A stretch of 64,000 bases of DNA from Balanoglossus misakiensis (Eukaryota; Animalia; Hemichordata), in NCBI GenBank assembly GCA_040954595.2, contig CM082594.2, positions 762,247-826,246 of the forward strand. The letters are read 5' to 3'. This document shows, piece after piece, positions 41,601 through 56,600 of this stretch (its first letter is position 1; each line of letters starts with the position of its first letter). The notes under the pieces are model-generated. The model was not told the origin of the DNA. It saw only the letters and a program-made list of their open reading frames with translations, and ran no database searches. The translations under genes were made by a program, and so were the position numbers.

Positions 41601-44600
41601 AATGTTTTGCCTAAAAATGACCTTTTTGGTGCAAAAACGAATAAAACGCAATTTTTGTATTAAATCAGCTCATTCAGAGTGCATTTTTTATAATCAGCAC
41701 CATTTTTACATATATTGGAAATTTCATACATCATCAGATATCCAAATATGAAAAAATGATTTAGATTTTAGATGATTGTCTAAAATTAGCTGATATCTAA
41801 TAAATGTAGTATTGAACCGTTCTGTCCCCCCCCCCCTACATTATATGCGGTACGCCGATGTCAGCTTACCCGGCAGTACTGCAGGCCGTGCCCCCAAATA
41901 ACGTCGGTGTTTGAAACGCCCTGGTTAAATTCGGGCTTTCTCTATAAATTGACAGGCAATAATGCAGTCCTACCCGAACAAATGTCGAGTGTTGACCCGC
42001 TGTGACTTTCCCTCTTCGGTTTGCCCGACTTAGCCAACGTCTCTGTACTAATGTGTCGGGTCTTTTGCAGAGCCAGGCCGAAGGAAATCCGACTTGATCA
42101 CCGTTGCTAACGAACGCTAGTGTCTGTCATGGTGTGCCGGGGTTTTAGTCGAGCCAGGCCGTAGGAGATCTGACTTGATCATCGTGGTCAATGTACGCGT
42201 GTTTCCGCTCTGAAGTGCCGGGGCTTCAGCTAAACCATGCCGTAGGAAATCCGACGTAATCACCGTTGATAACTTACGCCAGTCTGTGTCATATAGAGCC
42301 GGTGCACCAGCCGAGTCACGCCGTAGGAAATCTGACTTGATCAACGTGGTCACTGTACGCCTGTTTCTGCTCTAGAGTGCCGGGGCTTCATCTGAGCCAG
42401 GCCGTAGGAAACCCGACGTGATTACCGTTGTTAACTTACGCCAGTCTGTGTCCTATATATAGTGCCGGGGCATCAGCCGTGCCAGGCCGAAGGAAATGTG
42501 AGTAGATCAACGTGGTCTCTGTACGCGTGTTTCTGCTCTAGAGTGCCGGGGCTTTATCCAAGCCATGCCGTAGAAAATCTGACTTGATCACCGTTGCTAA
42601 CGTACGATAGTGTCTGTCATATTGTGACGGAGATTTAGCCGAGCCAGGCCGTAGAAAAATCGACTTGTTCAACGTTACCAGTGTGCAACTGTTTCTGCTC
42701 TAAAGTCTCAGGGTTTTAGCCGACTTATGCTGTAGGAAATCTGAGTTGATGAACGGGAATTCAATGTTAGAAAACCCGTGTAGAAAGTATCTCTACCCGT
42801 TTGAAACTAAGAAAAGAATTTATTCTTATTTTTTATCTAAAAATGACATTTTCAAGGAAAATTTGGTAAAACGCAATTTTGTCTGCAGTGAGCCAAATTA
42901 GATTGTCTTTTGTGGAATTTTTATCGATATATACATACGAAGAGCATTCTATACTCCATCAGATTTCCGAAAATGTAGAAAACAGGTATTTTTTGTAATT
43001 TTCAAAAATTTACCATTTTGACCAAATTATGGCTAAAATTGTTATTTTCGTGTTGAATGCCGCCAGTGTCACTGCTTTTAAAAGTCATAAAAACTTTTAA
43101 CATACAAGCAATTGTTTATATATGATCAGGTCACCGAATTAAAAAAAATAAAGAATGTTTGGCCTAAAAATGACCTTTTTGGCGCAAAAACGAATAAAAC
43201 GCAATTTTGTATTAAATAACCTCATTCAGAGTGCATTTTTTTTATAATCAGCACCATTTTTACATATAATGGAAATTTCATACATCACCAGATATCCAAA
43301 TATGAAAAAATGATTTAGATTTTAGATGATTGTCCAAAATTAGCTGATATCTAATAAATGTAGTATTGAACCGTTCTGTTCCCCCCCCCCCCTCCCCTAC
43401 ATTATATGCGGTACGCCGATGTCAGCTTACCCGGCAGTACTGCAGGCCGTGCCCCCAACTAACGTCGGTGTTTGAAACGCCCTGGTTAAATTCGGGCTTT
43501 CTCTATAAATTGACAGGCAATAATGCAGTCCTACCCGAACAAATGTCGAGTGTTGACACGCTGTGACTTTCCCTCTTCGGTTTGCCCGACTTAGCCGACG
43601 TCTTTGTACTAGAGTGTCGGGTCTTTTGCAGAGCCAGGCCGAAGGAAATCCGACTTGATCACCGTTGCTAACGAACGCTAGTGTCTGTCATGGTGTGCCG
43701 GTGTTTTAGTCGAGCCAGGCCGTAGGAGATCTGACTTGATCATCGTGGTCAATGTACGCGTGTTTCCGCTCTAAAGTGCCGGGGCTTCAGCTAAACCAGG
43801 CCGTAGGAAATCCGACGTAATCACCGTTGATAACTTACGCCAGTCTGTGTCATATAGAGCCGGTGCACCAGCCGAGTCACGCCGTAGGAAATCTGACTTG
43901 ATCAACGTGGTCAATGTACGCCTGTTTCTGCTCTAGAGTGCCGGGGCTTCAGCTGAGCCAGGCCGTAGGAAACCCGACGTGATTACCGTTGTTAACTTAC
44001 GCCAGTCTGTGTCCTATATATAGTGCCGGGGCATCAGCCGTGCCAGGCCGAAGGAAATGTGAGTAGATCAACGTGGTCTCTGTACGCGTGTTTCTGCTCT
44101 AGAGTGTCAGGGCTTTAGCAAAGCCATGCCGTAGGAAATCTGACTTGATCAACGTTGCTAGCGAACGCTAGTGTCTGTCATAGTGTGCCGGGGTTTTAGT
44201 CGAGCCAAGCCGTAGGAGATCAGACTTGATCAACGTGGTCTCTGTACGCGTGTTTCTGCTCTAGAGTGCCGGGGCTTTATCCAACCCATGCCGTTGAAAA
44301 TCTGACTTGATCACCGTTGCTAACGTACGCTAGTGTCTGTCATATTGTGACGAGATTTAGCCGAGCCAGGCCGTAGAAAAATCGACTTGTTCAACGTTAT
44401 CAGTGTGCAACTGTTTCTGCTCTAGAGTGTCAGGGTTTTAGCCGACTTATGCTGTAGGAAATCTGAGTTGATGAACGGGAATTCAATGTTAGAAAACCCG
44501 TGTGGAAAGTATCTCTACCCGTTTGAAACTAAGAAAAGAATTTATTCTTATTTATTTTGTAAAAAAGACAATTTTTCGAAAAAAAGTTGAAAATGGTAAT

Positions 44601-47600
44601 TTTGTCTTGGGTGATTCAAATTATACCACATTTTCTGGAATTTGCAGCACTTTTTACAAGAGAACGACACTTCATGCTCCATAATATTTCCGAAAATGAA
44701 GAAAAGAGTTTATTTTTTATGATTTTTTAAAAATGTACCATTTTGTCAAAATATGGCCAAAATGGCTATTTTTTCTTGAATTCCGTCAATATCTCTGCAT
44801 TTTTGGAGTGGTCGAAAGTTTTAACATACAATCAACATGTCATATATGATCAGGGCACCAAATTCGAAGAACGAAGGTTTTTTTATTTTATTTTTCTAAA
44901 AATGACATTTTCAAGAAAAATTTGGTAAAACGCAATTTTGTCTGCAGTGAGCCAAATTAGACGGTCTTTTGTGGAATTTGTATCGATATATATATACGAA
45001 GAGCATTCTATACTCCATCAGATTTCCGAAAATGTAGAAAACAGGTATTTTTTGTAATTTTCAAAAATTTACAATTTTGACCAAATTGTGGTTAAAATTG
45101 TTATTTTCGTGTTAAATGCCGCCAGTGTCACTGCTTTTAAAAGTCATAAAAACTTTTAACATGCAAGCAATTGCTTATATATGATCAGGCCACCGAATTA
45201 AAAAAATAAAGAATGTTTTGCCTAAAAATGACCTTTTTGGTGCAAAAACGAATAAAACGCAATTTTGTATTAAATCAGCTCATTCAGAGTGCATTTTTTA
45301 TAATCAGCACCATTTTTACATATATTGGAAATTTCATACATCATCAGATATCCAAATATGAAAAAATGATTTAGATTTTAGATGATTGTCCAAAATTAGC
45401 TGATATCTAATAAATGTAGTATTGAACCGTTCTGTCCCCCCCCCCCCCCCCCTACATTATATGCGGTACGCCGATGTCAGCTTACCCGGCAGTACTGCAG
45501 GCCGTGCCCCCAAATAACGTCGGTGTTTGAAACGCCCTGGTTAAATTCGGGCTTTCTCTATAAATTGACAGGCAATAATACAGTCCTACCCGAACAAATG
45601 TCGAGTGTTGACCCGCTGTGACTTTCCCTCTTCGGTTTGACCGACTTAGCCAACGTCTTTGTACTAATGTGTCGGGTCTTTTGCAGAGCCAGGCCGAAGG
45701 AAATCCGACTTGATCACCGTTGCTAACGAACGCTAGTGTCTGTCATGGTGTGCCGGGGTTTTAGTCGAGCCAGGCCGTAGGAGATCTGACTTGATCATCG
45801 TGGTCAATGTACGCGTGTTTCCGCTCTAAAGTGCCGGGGCTTCAGCTAAACCATGCCGTAGGAAATCCGACGTAATCACCGTTGATAACTTACGCCAGTC
45901 TGTGTCATATAGAGCCGGTGCACCAGCCGAGTCACGCCGTAGGAAATCTGACTTGATCAACGTGGTCAATGTACGCCTGTTTCTGCTCTAGAGTGCCGGG
46001 GCTTCAGCTGAGCCAGGCCGTAGGAAACCCGACGTGATTACCGTTGTTAACTTACGCCAGTCTGTGTCCTATATATAGTGCCGGGGCATCAGCCGTGCCA
46101 GGCCGAAGGAAATGTGAGTAGATCAACGTGGTCTCTGTACGCGTGTTTCTGCTCTAGAGTGTCAGGGCTTTAGCAAAGCCATGCCGTAGGAAATCTGACT
46201 TGATCAACGTTGCTAACGAACGCTAGTGTCTGTCATAGTGTGCCGGGGTTTTAGTCGAGCCAAGCCGTAGGAGATCAGACTTGATCAACGTGGTCTCTGT
46301 ACGCGTGTTTCTGCTCTAGAGTGCCGGGGCTTTATCCAACCCATGCCGTTGAAAATCTGACTTGATCACCGTTGCTAACGTACGCTAGTGTCTGTCATAT
46401 TGTGACGAGATTTAGCCGAGCCAGGCCGTAGAAAAATCGACTTGTTCAACGTTACCAGTGTGCAACTGTTTCTGCTCTAGAGTGTCAGGGTTTTAGCCGA
46501 CTTGTGCTGTAGGAAATCTGAGTTGATGAACGGGAATTCAATGTTAGAAAACCCGTGTGTAAAGTATCTCTACCCGTTTGAAACTAAGAAAAGAATTTAT
46601 TCTTATTTATTTTGTAAAACAAGACAATTTTTCGAAAAAAAGTCGAAAATGGTAATTTTGTCTTGGGTCATTCAAATTATACCGCCTTTTCTGGAATTTG
46701 CAGCACTTTTTACAAGAGAACGACACTTCATGCTCCATAATATTTCCGAAAATGAAGAAAAGAGTTAATTTTTTATGATTTTTTAAAAAATTACCATTTT
46801 TGTCAAAATATGGCCAAAATGGCTATTTTTTCTTGAATTCCGTCAATATCTCTGCATTTTTGGAGTGGTCGAAAGTTTTAACATACAATCAACATGTCAT
46901 ATATGATCAGGGCACCAAATTCGAAGAACAAAGTTTTTTTTAGTTTTTTTTCTAAAAATGACATTTTCAAGGAACATTTGGTAAAACGCAATTTTGTCTG
47001 CAGTGAGCCAAATTAGATTGTCTTTTGTGGAATTTGTATCGATATATACATACGAAGAGCATTCTCTACTCCATCAGATTTCCGAAAATGTAGAAAACAG
47101 GTATTTTTTGTAATTTTCAAAAATTTACCATTTTGACCAAATTATGGCTAAAATTGTTATTTTCGTGTTGAATGCCGCCAGTGTCACTGCTTTTAAAAGT
47201 CATAAAAACTTTTAACATACAAGCAATTGTTTATATATGATCAGGTCACCGAATTAAAAAAAATAAAGAATGTTTGGCCTAAAAATGACCTTTTTGGTGC
47301 AAAAACGAATAAAACGCAATTTTGTATTAAATAACCTCATTCAGAGTGCATTTTTTTATAATCAGCACCATTTTTACATATAATGGAAATTTCATACATC
47401 ACCAGATATCCAAATATGAAAAAATGATTTAGATTTTAGATGATTGTCCAAAATTAGCTGATATCTAATAAATGTAGTATTGAACCGTTCTGTTCCCCCC
47501 CCCCCTCCCCTACATTATATGCGGTACGCCGATGTCAGCTTACCCGGCAGTACTGCAGGCCGTGCCCCCACCTAACGTCGGTGTTTGAAACGCCCTGGTT

Positions 47601-50600
47601 AAATTCAGGCTTTCTCTATAAATTGACAGGCAATAATGCAGTCCTACCCGAACAAATGTCGAGTGTTGACACGCTGTGACTTTCCCTCTTCGGTTTGCCC
47701 GACTTAGCCGACGTCTTTGTACTAGAGTGTCGGGTCTTTTGCAGAGTCAGGCCGAAGGAAATCCGACTTGATCACCGTTGCTAACGAACGCTAGTGTCTG
47801 TCATGGTGTGCCGGGGTTTTAGTCGAGCCAGGCCGTAGGAGATCTGACTTGATCATCGTGGTCAATGTACGCGTGTTTCCGCTCTAAAGTGCCGGGGCTT
47901 CAGCTAAACCAGGCCGTAGGAAATCCGACGTAATCACCGTTGATAACTTACGCCAGTCTGTGTCATATAGAGCCGGTGCACCAGCCGAGTCACGCCGTAG
48001 GAAATCTGACTTGATCAACGTGGTCAATGTACGCCTGTTTCTGCTCTAGAGTGCCGGGGCTTCAGCTGAGCCAGGCCGTAGGAAACCCGACGTGATTACA
48101 GTTGTTAACTTACGCCAGTCTGTGTCCTATATATAGTGCCGGGGCATCAGCCGTGCCAGGCCGAAGGAAATGTGAGTAGATCAACGTGGTCTCTGTACGC
48201 GTGTTTCTGCTCTAGAGTGTCAGGGCTTTAGCAAAGCCATGCCGTAGGAAATCTGACTTGATCAACGTTGCTAGCGAACGCTAGTGTCTGTCATATTGTG
48301 CCGGGGTTTTAGTCGAGCCAAGCCGTAGGAGATCAGACTTGATCAACGTGGTCTCTGTACGCGTGTTTCTGCTCTTGAGTGCCGGGGCTTTATCCAAGCC
48401 ATGCCGTAGAAAATCTGACTTGATCAACGTTGCTAACGAACGCTCAATATTTTTAAGCGTAATTTGAAAACATACCTTTTTACTCGGTTTTATGTGTAAC
48501 GTGTTCGATTGTGTCCTTTTAACTATTTTTACCAGCCTTGTATTTTTTAATCTACTGTTTTAGCTGTGCACAATGCGCTGAGACGTATGTGTAGCGCATT
48601 TTAAACAATTCTTAATAATAATAATAATAATAACGCTAGTGTCTGTCATAGTGTGCCGGGGTTTTAGTCGAGCCAAGCCGTAGGAGATCAGACTTCATCA
48701 ACGTGGTCTCTGTACGCGTGTTTCTGCTCTAGAGTGCCGGGGCTTTATCCAAGCCATGCCGTAGAAAATCTGACTTGATCACCGTTGCTAACGTACGCTA
48801 GTGTCTGTCATATTGTGACGGAGATTTAGCCGAGCCAGGCCGTAGAAAAATCGACTTGTTCAACGTTACCAGTGTGCAACTGTTTCTGCTCTAGAGTGTC
48901 AGGGTTTTAGCTGACTTATGCTGTAGGAAATCTGAGTTGATGAACGGGAATTCAATGTTAGAAAACCCGTGTGGAAAGTATCTCTTCCCGTTTGAAACTA
49001 AGAAAAGAATTTATTCTTATTTATTTTGTTAAAAAGACAATTTTTCGAAAAAAAGTCGAAAATGGTAATTTTGTCTTGGGTGATTCAAATTATACCACCT
49101 TTTCTGGAATTAGCAGCACTTTTTACAAGAGAACGACACTTCATGCTCCATAATATTTCCGAAAATGAAGAAAATAGTTAATGTTTTATGATTTTTTAAA
49201 AATTTACCATTTTTGTCAAAATATGGCCAAAATGGCTATTTTTTCTTGAATTCCGTCAATATCTCTGCATTTTTGGAGTGGTCGAAAGTTTTAACATACA
49301 ATCAACATGTCATATATGATCAGGGCACCACATTTGAAGAACAAAGGTTTTTTTATTTATTTTTCTAAAAATGACATTTTAAAGGAAAATTTGGTAAAAC
49401 GCAATTTTGTCTGCAGTGAGCCAAATTAGACGGTCTTTTGTGGAATTTGTATCGATATATACATACGAAGAGCATTCTATACTCCATCAGATTTCCAAAA
49501 ATGTAGAAAACAGGTATTTTTTGTAATTTTCAAAAATTTACCATTTTGACCAAATTGTGGCTAAAATTGTTATTTTCGTGTTGAATGCCGCCAGTGTCAC
49601 TGCTTTTAAAAGTCATAAAAACTTTTAACATACAAGCAATTGTTTATATATGATCAGGTCACCGAATTAAAAAAATAAAGAATGTTTTGCCTAAAAATGA
49701 CCTTTTTGGTGCAAAAACGAATAAAACGCAATCTTGTATTAAATCAGTTCATTCAGAGTGCATGTTTTATAATAAGCACCAATTTTACATATAATGGAAA
49801 TTTCATACATCATCAGATATCCAAATATGAAAAAATGATTTAGATTTTAGATGATTGTCCAAAATTAGCTGATATCTAATAAATGTAGTATTGAACCGTT
49901 CTGCCCCCCCCCCCCCTTACATTATATGCGGTACGCCGATGTCAGCTTACCCGGCAGTACTGTAGGCCGTGCCCCCAACAAACGTCGGTGTTTGAAACGC
50001 CCTGGTTAAATTCGGGCTCTCTCTATAAATCGACAGGCAATAATGCAGTCCTACCGGAACAAATGTCAAGTGTTGAACCGCTGTGACTTTCCCTGTTCGG
50101 TTTGCCCGACTTAGCCAACGTCTTTGTACTAGAGTGTCGGGTCTTTTGCAGAGCCAGGCCGAAGGAAATCCGACTTGATCACCGTTGCTAACGAACGCTA
50201 GTGTCTGTCATGGTGTGCCGGGGATTTAGTCGAGCCAGGCCGTAGGAGATCTGACTTGATCATCGTGGTCAATGTACGCGTGTTTCCGCTCTAAAGTGCC
50301 GGGGCTTCAGCTAAACCAGGCCGTAGGAAATCCGACGTAATCACCGTTGATAACTTACGCCAGTCTGTGTCATATAGAGCCGGTGCACCAGCCGAGTCAC
50401 GCCGTAGGAAATCTGACTTGATCAACGTGGTCAATGTACGCCTGTTTCTGCTCTAGAGTGCCGGGGCTTCAGCTGAGCCAGGCCGTAAGAAAACCCGACG
50501 TGATTACCGTTGTTAACTTACGCCAGTCTGTGTCCTATATATAGTGCCGGGGCATCAGCCGTGCCAGGCCGAAGGAAATGTGAGTAGATCAACGTGGTCT

Positions 50601-53600
50601 CTGTACGCGTGTTTCTGCTCTAGAGTGCCGGGGCTTTATCCAAGCCATGCCGTAGAAAATCTGACTTGATCACCGTTGCTAACGAACGCTAGTGTCTGTC
50701 ATAGTGTGCCGGGGTTTTAGTCGAGCCAAGCCGTAGGAGATCAGACTTGATCAACGTGGTCTCTGTACGCGTGTTTCTGCTCTAGAGTGCCGGGGCTTTA
50801 TCCAAGCCATGCCGTAGAAAATCTGACTTGATCACCGTTGCTAACGTACGCTAGTGTCTGTCATATTGTGACGGAGATTTAGCCGAGCCAGGTCGTAGAA
50901 AAATCGACTTGTTCAACGTTACCAGTGTGCAACTGTTTCTGCTCTAGAGTGTCAGGGTTTTAGCCGACTTTTGCTGTAGGAAATCTGAGTTGATGAACGG
51001 GAATTCAATGTTAGAAAACCCGTGTGGAAAGTATCTCTACCCGTTTGAAACTAAGAAAAGAATTTATTCTTATTTATTTTGTAAAAAAAGACAATTTTTC
51101 GAAAAAAAGTTGAAAATGGTAATTTTGTCTTGGGTGATTCAAATTATACCGCCTTTTCTGGAATTTGCAGCACTTTTTGCAAGAGAACGACACTTCATGC
51201 TCCATAATATTTCCGAAAATGAAGAAAAGAGTTAATTTTTTATGATTTTTCAAAAATTTACCATTTTTGTCAAAATATGGCGAAAATGGCTATTTTTCTT
51301 GAATTCCGTCAATATCTCTGCATTTTTGGAGTGGTCGAGAGTTTTAACATACAATCAACATGTCATATATGATCAGGGCACCAAATTCGAAGTACAAAGG
51401 TTTTTTTATTTTTTTTTTCTAAAAATGACATTTTCAAGGAAAATTTGGTAAAACGCAATTTTGTCTGCAGTGAGTCAAATTAGACGGTCTTTTGTGGAAT
51501 TTGTATCGATATATACATACGAAGAGCATTCTATACTCCATCAGATTTCCGAAAATGTAGAAAACAGGTATTTTTTGTAATTTTCAAAAATTTACCATTT
51601 TGACCAAATTGTGGCTAAAATTGTTATTTTCGTGTTGAATGCCGCCAGTGTCACTGCTTTTAAAAGTCATAAAAACTTTTAACATACAAGCAATTGTTTA
51701 TATATGATCAGGTCACCGAATTAAAAATATAAAGAATGTTTTGCCTAAAAATGACCTTTTTGGTGCAAAAACGAATAAAACGCAATCTTGTATTAAATCA
51801 GTTCATTCAGAGTGCATGTTTTATAATAAGCACCATTTTTACATATAATGGAAATTTCATACATCATCAGATATCCAAATATGAAAAAATGATTTAGATT
51901 TTAGATGATTGTCCAAAATTAGCTGATATCTAATAAATGTAGTATTGAACCGTTCTGTCCCCCCCCCCCCCCTACATTATATGCGGTACGCCGATGTCAG
52001 CTTACCCGGCAGTACTGCAGGCCGTGCCCCCAAATAACGTCGGTGTTTGAAACGCCCTGGTTAAATTCGGGCTTTCTCTATAAATTGACAGGCAATAATG
52101 CAGTCCTACCCGAACAAATGTCGAGTGTTGACCCGCTGTGACTTTCCCTCTTCGGTTTGCCCGACTTAGCCAACGTCTTTGTACTAATGTGTCGGGTCTT
52201 TTGAAGAGCCAGGCCGAAGGAAATCCGACTTGATCACCGTTGCTAACGAACGCTAGTGTCTGTCATGGTGTGCCGGGGTTTTAGTCGAGCCAGGCCGTAG
52301 GAGATCTGACTTGATCATCGCGGTCAATGTACGCGTGTTTCCGCTCTAAAGTGCCGGGGCTTCAGCTAAACCATGCCGTAGGAAATCCGGCGTAATCACC
52401 GTTGATAACTCACGCCAGTCTGTGTCATATAGAGCCGGTGCACCAGCCGAGTCACGCCGTAGGAAATCTGACTTGATCAACGTGGTCAATGTACGCCTGT
52501 TTCTGCTCTAAAGTGCCGGGGCTTTAGCTAAACCATGCCGTAGGAAATCCGACGTAATCACCGTTGATAACTTACGCCAGTCTGTGTCATATAGAGCCGG
52601 TGCACCAGCCGAGTCACGCCGTAGGAAATCTGACTTGATCAACGTGGTCAATGTACGCCTGTTTCTGCTCTAGAGTGCCGGGGCTTCAGCTGAGCCAGGC
52701 CGTAGGAAACCCGACGTGATTACCGTTGTTAACTTACGCCAGTCTGTGTCCTATATATAGTGCCGGGGCATCAGCCGTGCCAGGCCGAAGGAAATGTGAG
52801 TAGATCAACGTGGTCTCTGTACGCGTGTTTCTGCTCTAGAGTGTCAGGGCTTTAGCAAAGCCATGCCGTAGGAAATCTGACTTGATCAACGTTGCTAACG
52901 AACGCTAGTGTCTGTCATAGTGTGCCGGGGTTTTAGTCGAGCCAAGCCGTAGGAGATCAGACTTGATCAACGTGGTCTCTGTACGCGTGTTTCTGCTCTA
53001 GAGTGCCGGGGCTTTATCCAACCCATGCCGTTGAAAATCTGACTTGATCACCGTTGCTAACGTACGCTAGTGTCTGTCATATTGTGACGAGATTTAGCCG
53101 AGCCAGGCCGTAGAAAAATCGACTTGTTCAACGTTATCAGTGTGCAACTGTTTCTGCTCTAGAGTGTCAGGGTTTTAGCCGACTTATGCTGTAGGAAATC
53201 TGAGTTGATGAACGGGAATTCAATGTTAGAAAACCCGTGTGGAAAGTATCTCTACCCGTTTGAAACTAAGAAAAGAATTTATTCTTATTTATTTTTTAAA
53301 AAAGACAATTTTTCGAAAACAAGTCGAAAATGGTAATTTTGTCTTGGGTGATTCAAATTATACCACATTTTCTGGAATTTGCAGCACTTTTTACAAGAGA
53401 ACGACACTTCATGCTCCATAATATTTCCGAAAATGAAGAAAAGAGTTTATTTTTTATGATTTTTTAAAAATGTACCATTTTGTCAAAATATGACCAAAAT
53501 GGCTATTTTTTCTTGAATTCCGTCAATATCTCTGCATTTTTGGAGTGGTGGAAAGTTTTAACATACAATCAGCATGTCATATATGATCAGGGCACCAAAT

Positions 53601-56600
53601 TCGAAGAACGAAGGTTTTTTTATTTTATTTTTCTAAAAATGACATTTTCAAGGAAAATTTGGTAAAACGCAATTTTGTCTGCAGTAAGCCAAATTAGACG
53701 GTCTTTTGTGGAATTTGTATCGATATATATATACGAAGAGCGTTCTATACTCCATCAGATTTCCGAAAATGTAGAGAACAGGTACTTTTTGTAATTTTCA
53801 AAAATTTACCATTTTGACCAAATTGTGGTTAAAATTGTTATTTTCGTGTTGAATGCCGCCAGTGTCACTGCTTTTAAAAGTCATAAAAACTTTTAACATG
53901 CAAGCAATTGCTTATATATGATCAGGCCACCGAATTAAAAAAATAAAGAATGTTTTGCCTAAAAATGACCTTTTTGGTGCAAAAACGAATAAAACGCAAT
54001 TTTTGTATTAAATCAGCTCATTCAGAGTGCATTTTTTATAATCAGCACCATTTTTACATATATTGGAAATTTCATACATCATCAGATATCCAAATATGAA
54101 AAAATGATTTAGATTTTAGATGATTGTCCAAAATTAGCTGATATCTAATAAATGTAGTATTGAACCGTTCTGTCCCCCCCCCCTACATTATATGCGGTAC
54201 GCCGATGTCAGCTTACCCGGCAGTACTGCAGGCCGTGCCCCCAAATAACGTCGGTGTTTGAAACGCCCTGGTTAAATTCGGGCTTTCTCTATAAATTGAC
54301 AGGCAATAATGCAGTCCTACCCGAACAAATGTCGAGTGTTGACCCGCTGTGACTTTCCCTCTTCGGTTTGCCCGACTTAGCCAACGCCTCTGTACTAATG
54401 TGTCGGGTCTTTTGCAGAGCCAGGCCGAAGGAAATCCGACTTGATCACCGTTGCTAACGAACGCTAGTGTCTGTCATGGTGTGCCGGGGTTTTAGTCGAG
54501 CCAGGCCGTAGGAGATCTGACTTGATCATCGTGGTCAATGTACGCGTGTTTCCGCTCTGAAGTGCTGGGGCTTCAGCTAAACCATGCCGTAGGAAATCCG
54601 ACGTAATCACCGTTGATAACTTACGCCAGTCTGTGTCATATAGAGCCGGTGCACCAGCCGAGTCACGCCGTAGGAAATCTGACTTGATCAACGTGGTCAA
54701 TGTACGCCTGTTTCTGCTCTAGAGTGCCGGGGCTTCAGCTGAGCCAGGCCGTAGGAAACCCGACGTGATTACCGTTGTTAACTTACGCCAGTCTGTGTCC
54801 TATATATAGTGCCGGGGCATCAGCCGTGCCAGGCCGAAGGAAATGTGAGTAGATCAACGTGGTCTCTGTACGCGTGTTTCTGCTCTAGAGTGCCGGGGCT
54901 TTATCCAAGCCATGCCGTAGAAAATCTGACTTGATCACCGTTGCTAACGTACGATAGTGTCTGTCATATTGTGACGGAGATTTAGCCGAGCCAGGCCGTA
55001 GAAAAATCGACTTGTTCAACGTTACCAGTGTGCAACTGTTTCTGCTCTAAAGTCTCAGGGTTTTAGCCGACTTATGCTGTAGGAAATCTGAGTTGATGAA
55101 CGGGAATTCAATGTTAGAAAACCCGTGTGGAAAGTATCTCTACCCGTTTGAAACTAAGAAAAGAATTTATTCTTATTTTTTTTCTAAAAATGACATTTTC
55201 AAGGAACATTTGGTAAAACGCAATTTTGTCTGCAGTGAGCCAAATTAGATTGTCTTTTGTGGAATTTGTATCGATATATACATACGAAGAGCATTCTATA
55301 CTCCATCAGATTTCCGAAAATGTAGAAAACAGGTATTTTTTGTAATTTTCAAAAATTTACCATGTTGACCAAATTATGGCTAAAATTGTTATTTTCGTGT
55401 TGAATGCCGCCAGTGTCACTGCTTTTAAAAGTCATAAAAACTTTTAACATACAAGCAATTGTTTATATATGATCAGGTCACCGAATTAAAAAAAATAAAG
55501 AATGTTTGGCCTAAAAATGACCTTTTTGGTGCAAAAACGAATAAAACGCAATTTAGTATTAAATAACCTCATTCAGAGTGCATTTTTTTATAATCAGCAC
55601 CATTTTTACATATAATGGAAATTTCATACATCACCAGATATCCAAATATGAAAAAATGATTTAGATTTTAGATGATTGTCCAAAATTAGCTGATATCTAA
55701 TAAATGTAGTATTGAGCCGTTCTGTTCCCCCCCCCCACCCCTCCCCTACATTATATGCGGTACGCCGATGTCAGCTTACCCGGCAGTACTGCAGGCCGTG
55801 CCCCCACCTAACGTCGGTGTTTGAAACGCCCTGGTTAAATTCGGGCTTTCTCTATAAATTGACAGGCAATAATGCAGTCCTACCCGAACAAATGTCGAGT
55901 GTTGACACGCTGTGACTTTCCCTCTTCGGTTTGCCCGACTTAGCCGACGTCTTTGTACTAGAGTGTCGGGTCTTTTGCAGAGCCAGGCCGAAGGAAATCC
56001 GACTTGATCACCGTTGCTAACGAACGCTAGTGTCTGTCATGGTGTGCCGGGGTTTTAGTCGAGCCAGGCCGTAGGAGATCTGACTTGATCATCGTGGTCA
56101 ATGTACGCCTGTTTCTGCTCTAAAGTGCCGGGGCTTTAGCTAAACCATGCCGTAGGAAATCCGACGTAATCACCGTTGATAACTTACGCCAGTCTGTGTC
56201 ATATAGAGCCGGTGCACCAGCCGAGTCACGCCGTAGGAAATCTGACTTGATCAACGTGGTCAATGTACGCCTGTTTCTGCTCTAGAGTGCCGGGGCTTCA
56301 GCTGAGCCAGGCCGTAGGAAACCCGACGTGATTACCGTTGTTAACTTACGCCAGTCTGTGTCCTATATATAGTGCCGGGGCATCAGCCGTGCCAGGCCGA
56401 AGGAAATGTGAGTAGATCAACGTAGTCTCTGTACGCGTGTTTCTGCTCTAGAGTGTCAGGGCTTTAGCAAAGCCATGCCGTAGAAAATCTGACTAGATCA
56501 ACGTTGCTAACGAACGCTAGTGTCTGTCATAGTGTGCCGGGGTTTTAGTCGAGCCAGGCCGTAGGAGATCTGACTTGATCATCGTGGTCAATGTACGCGT

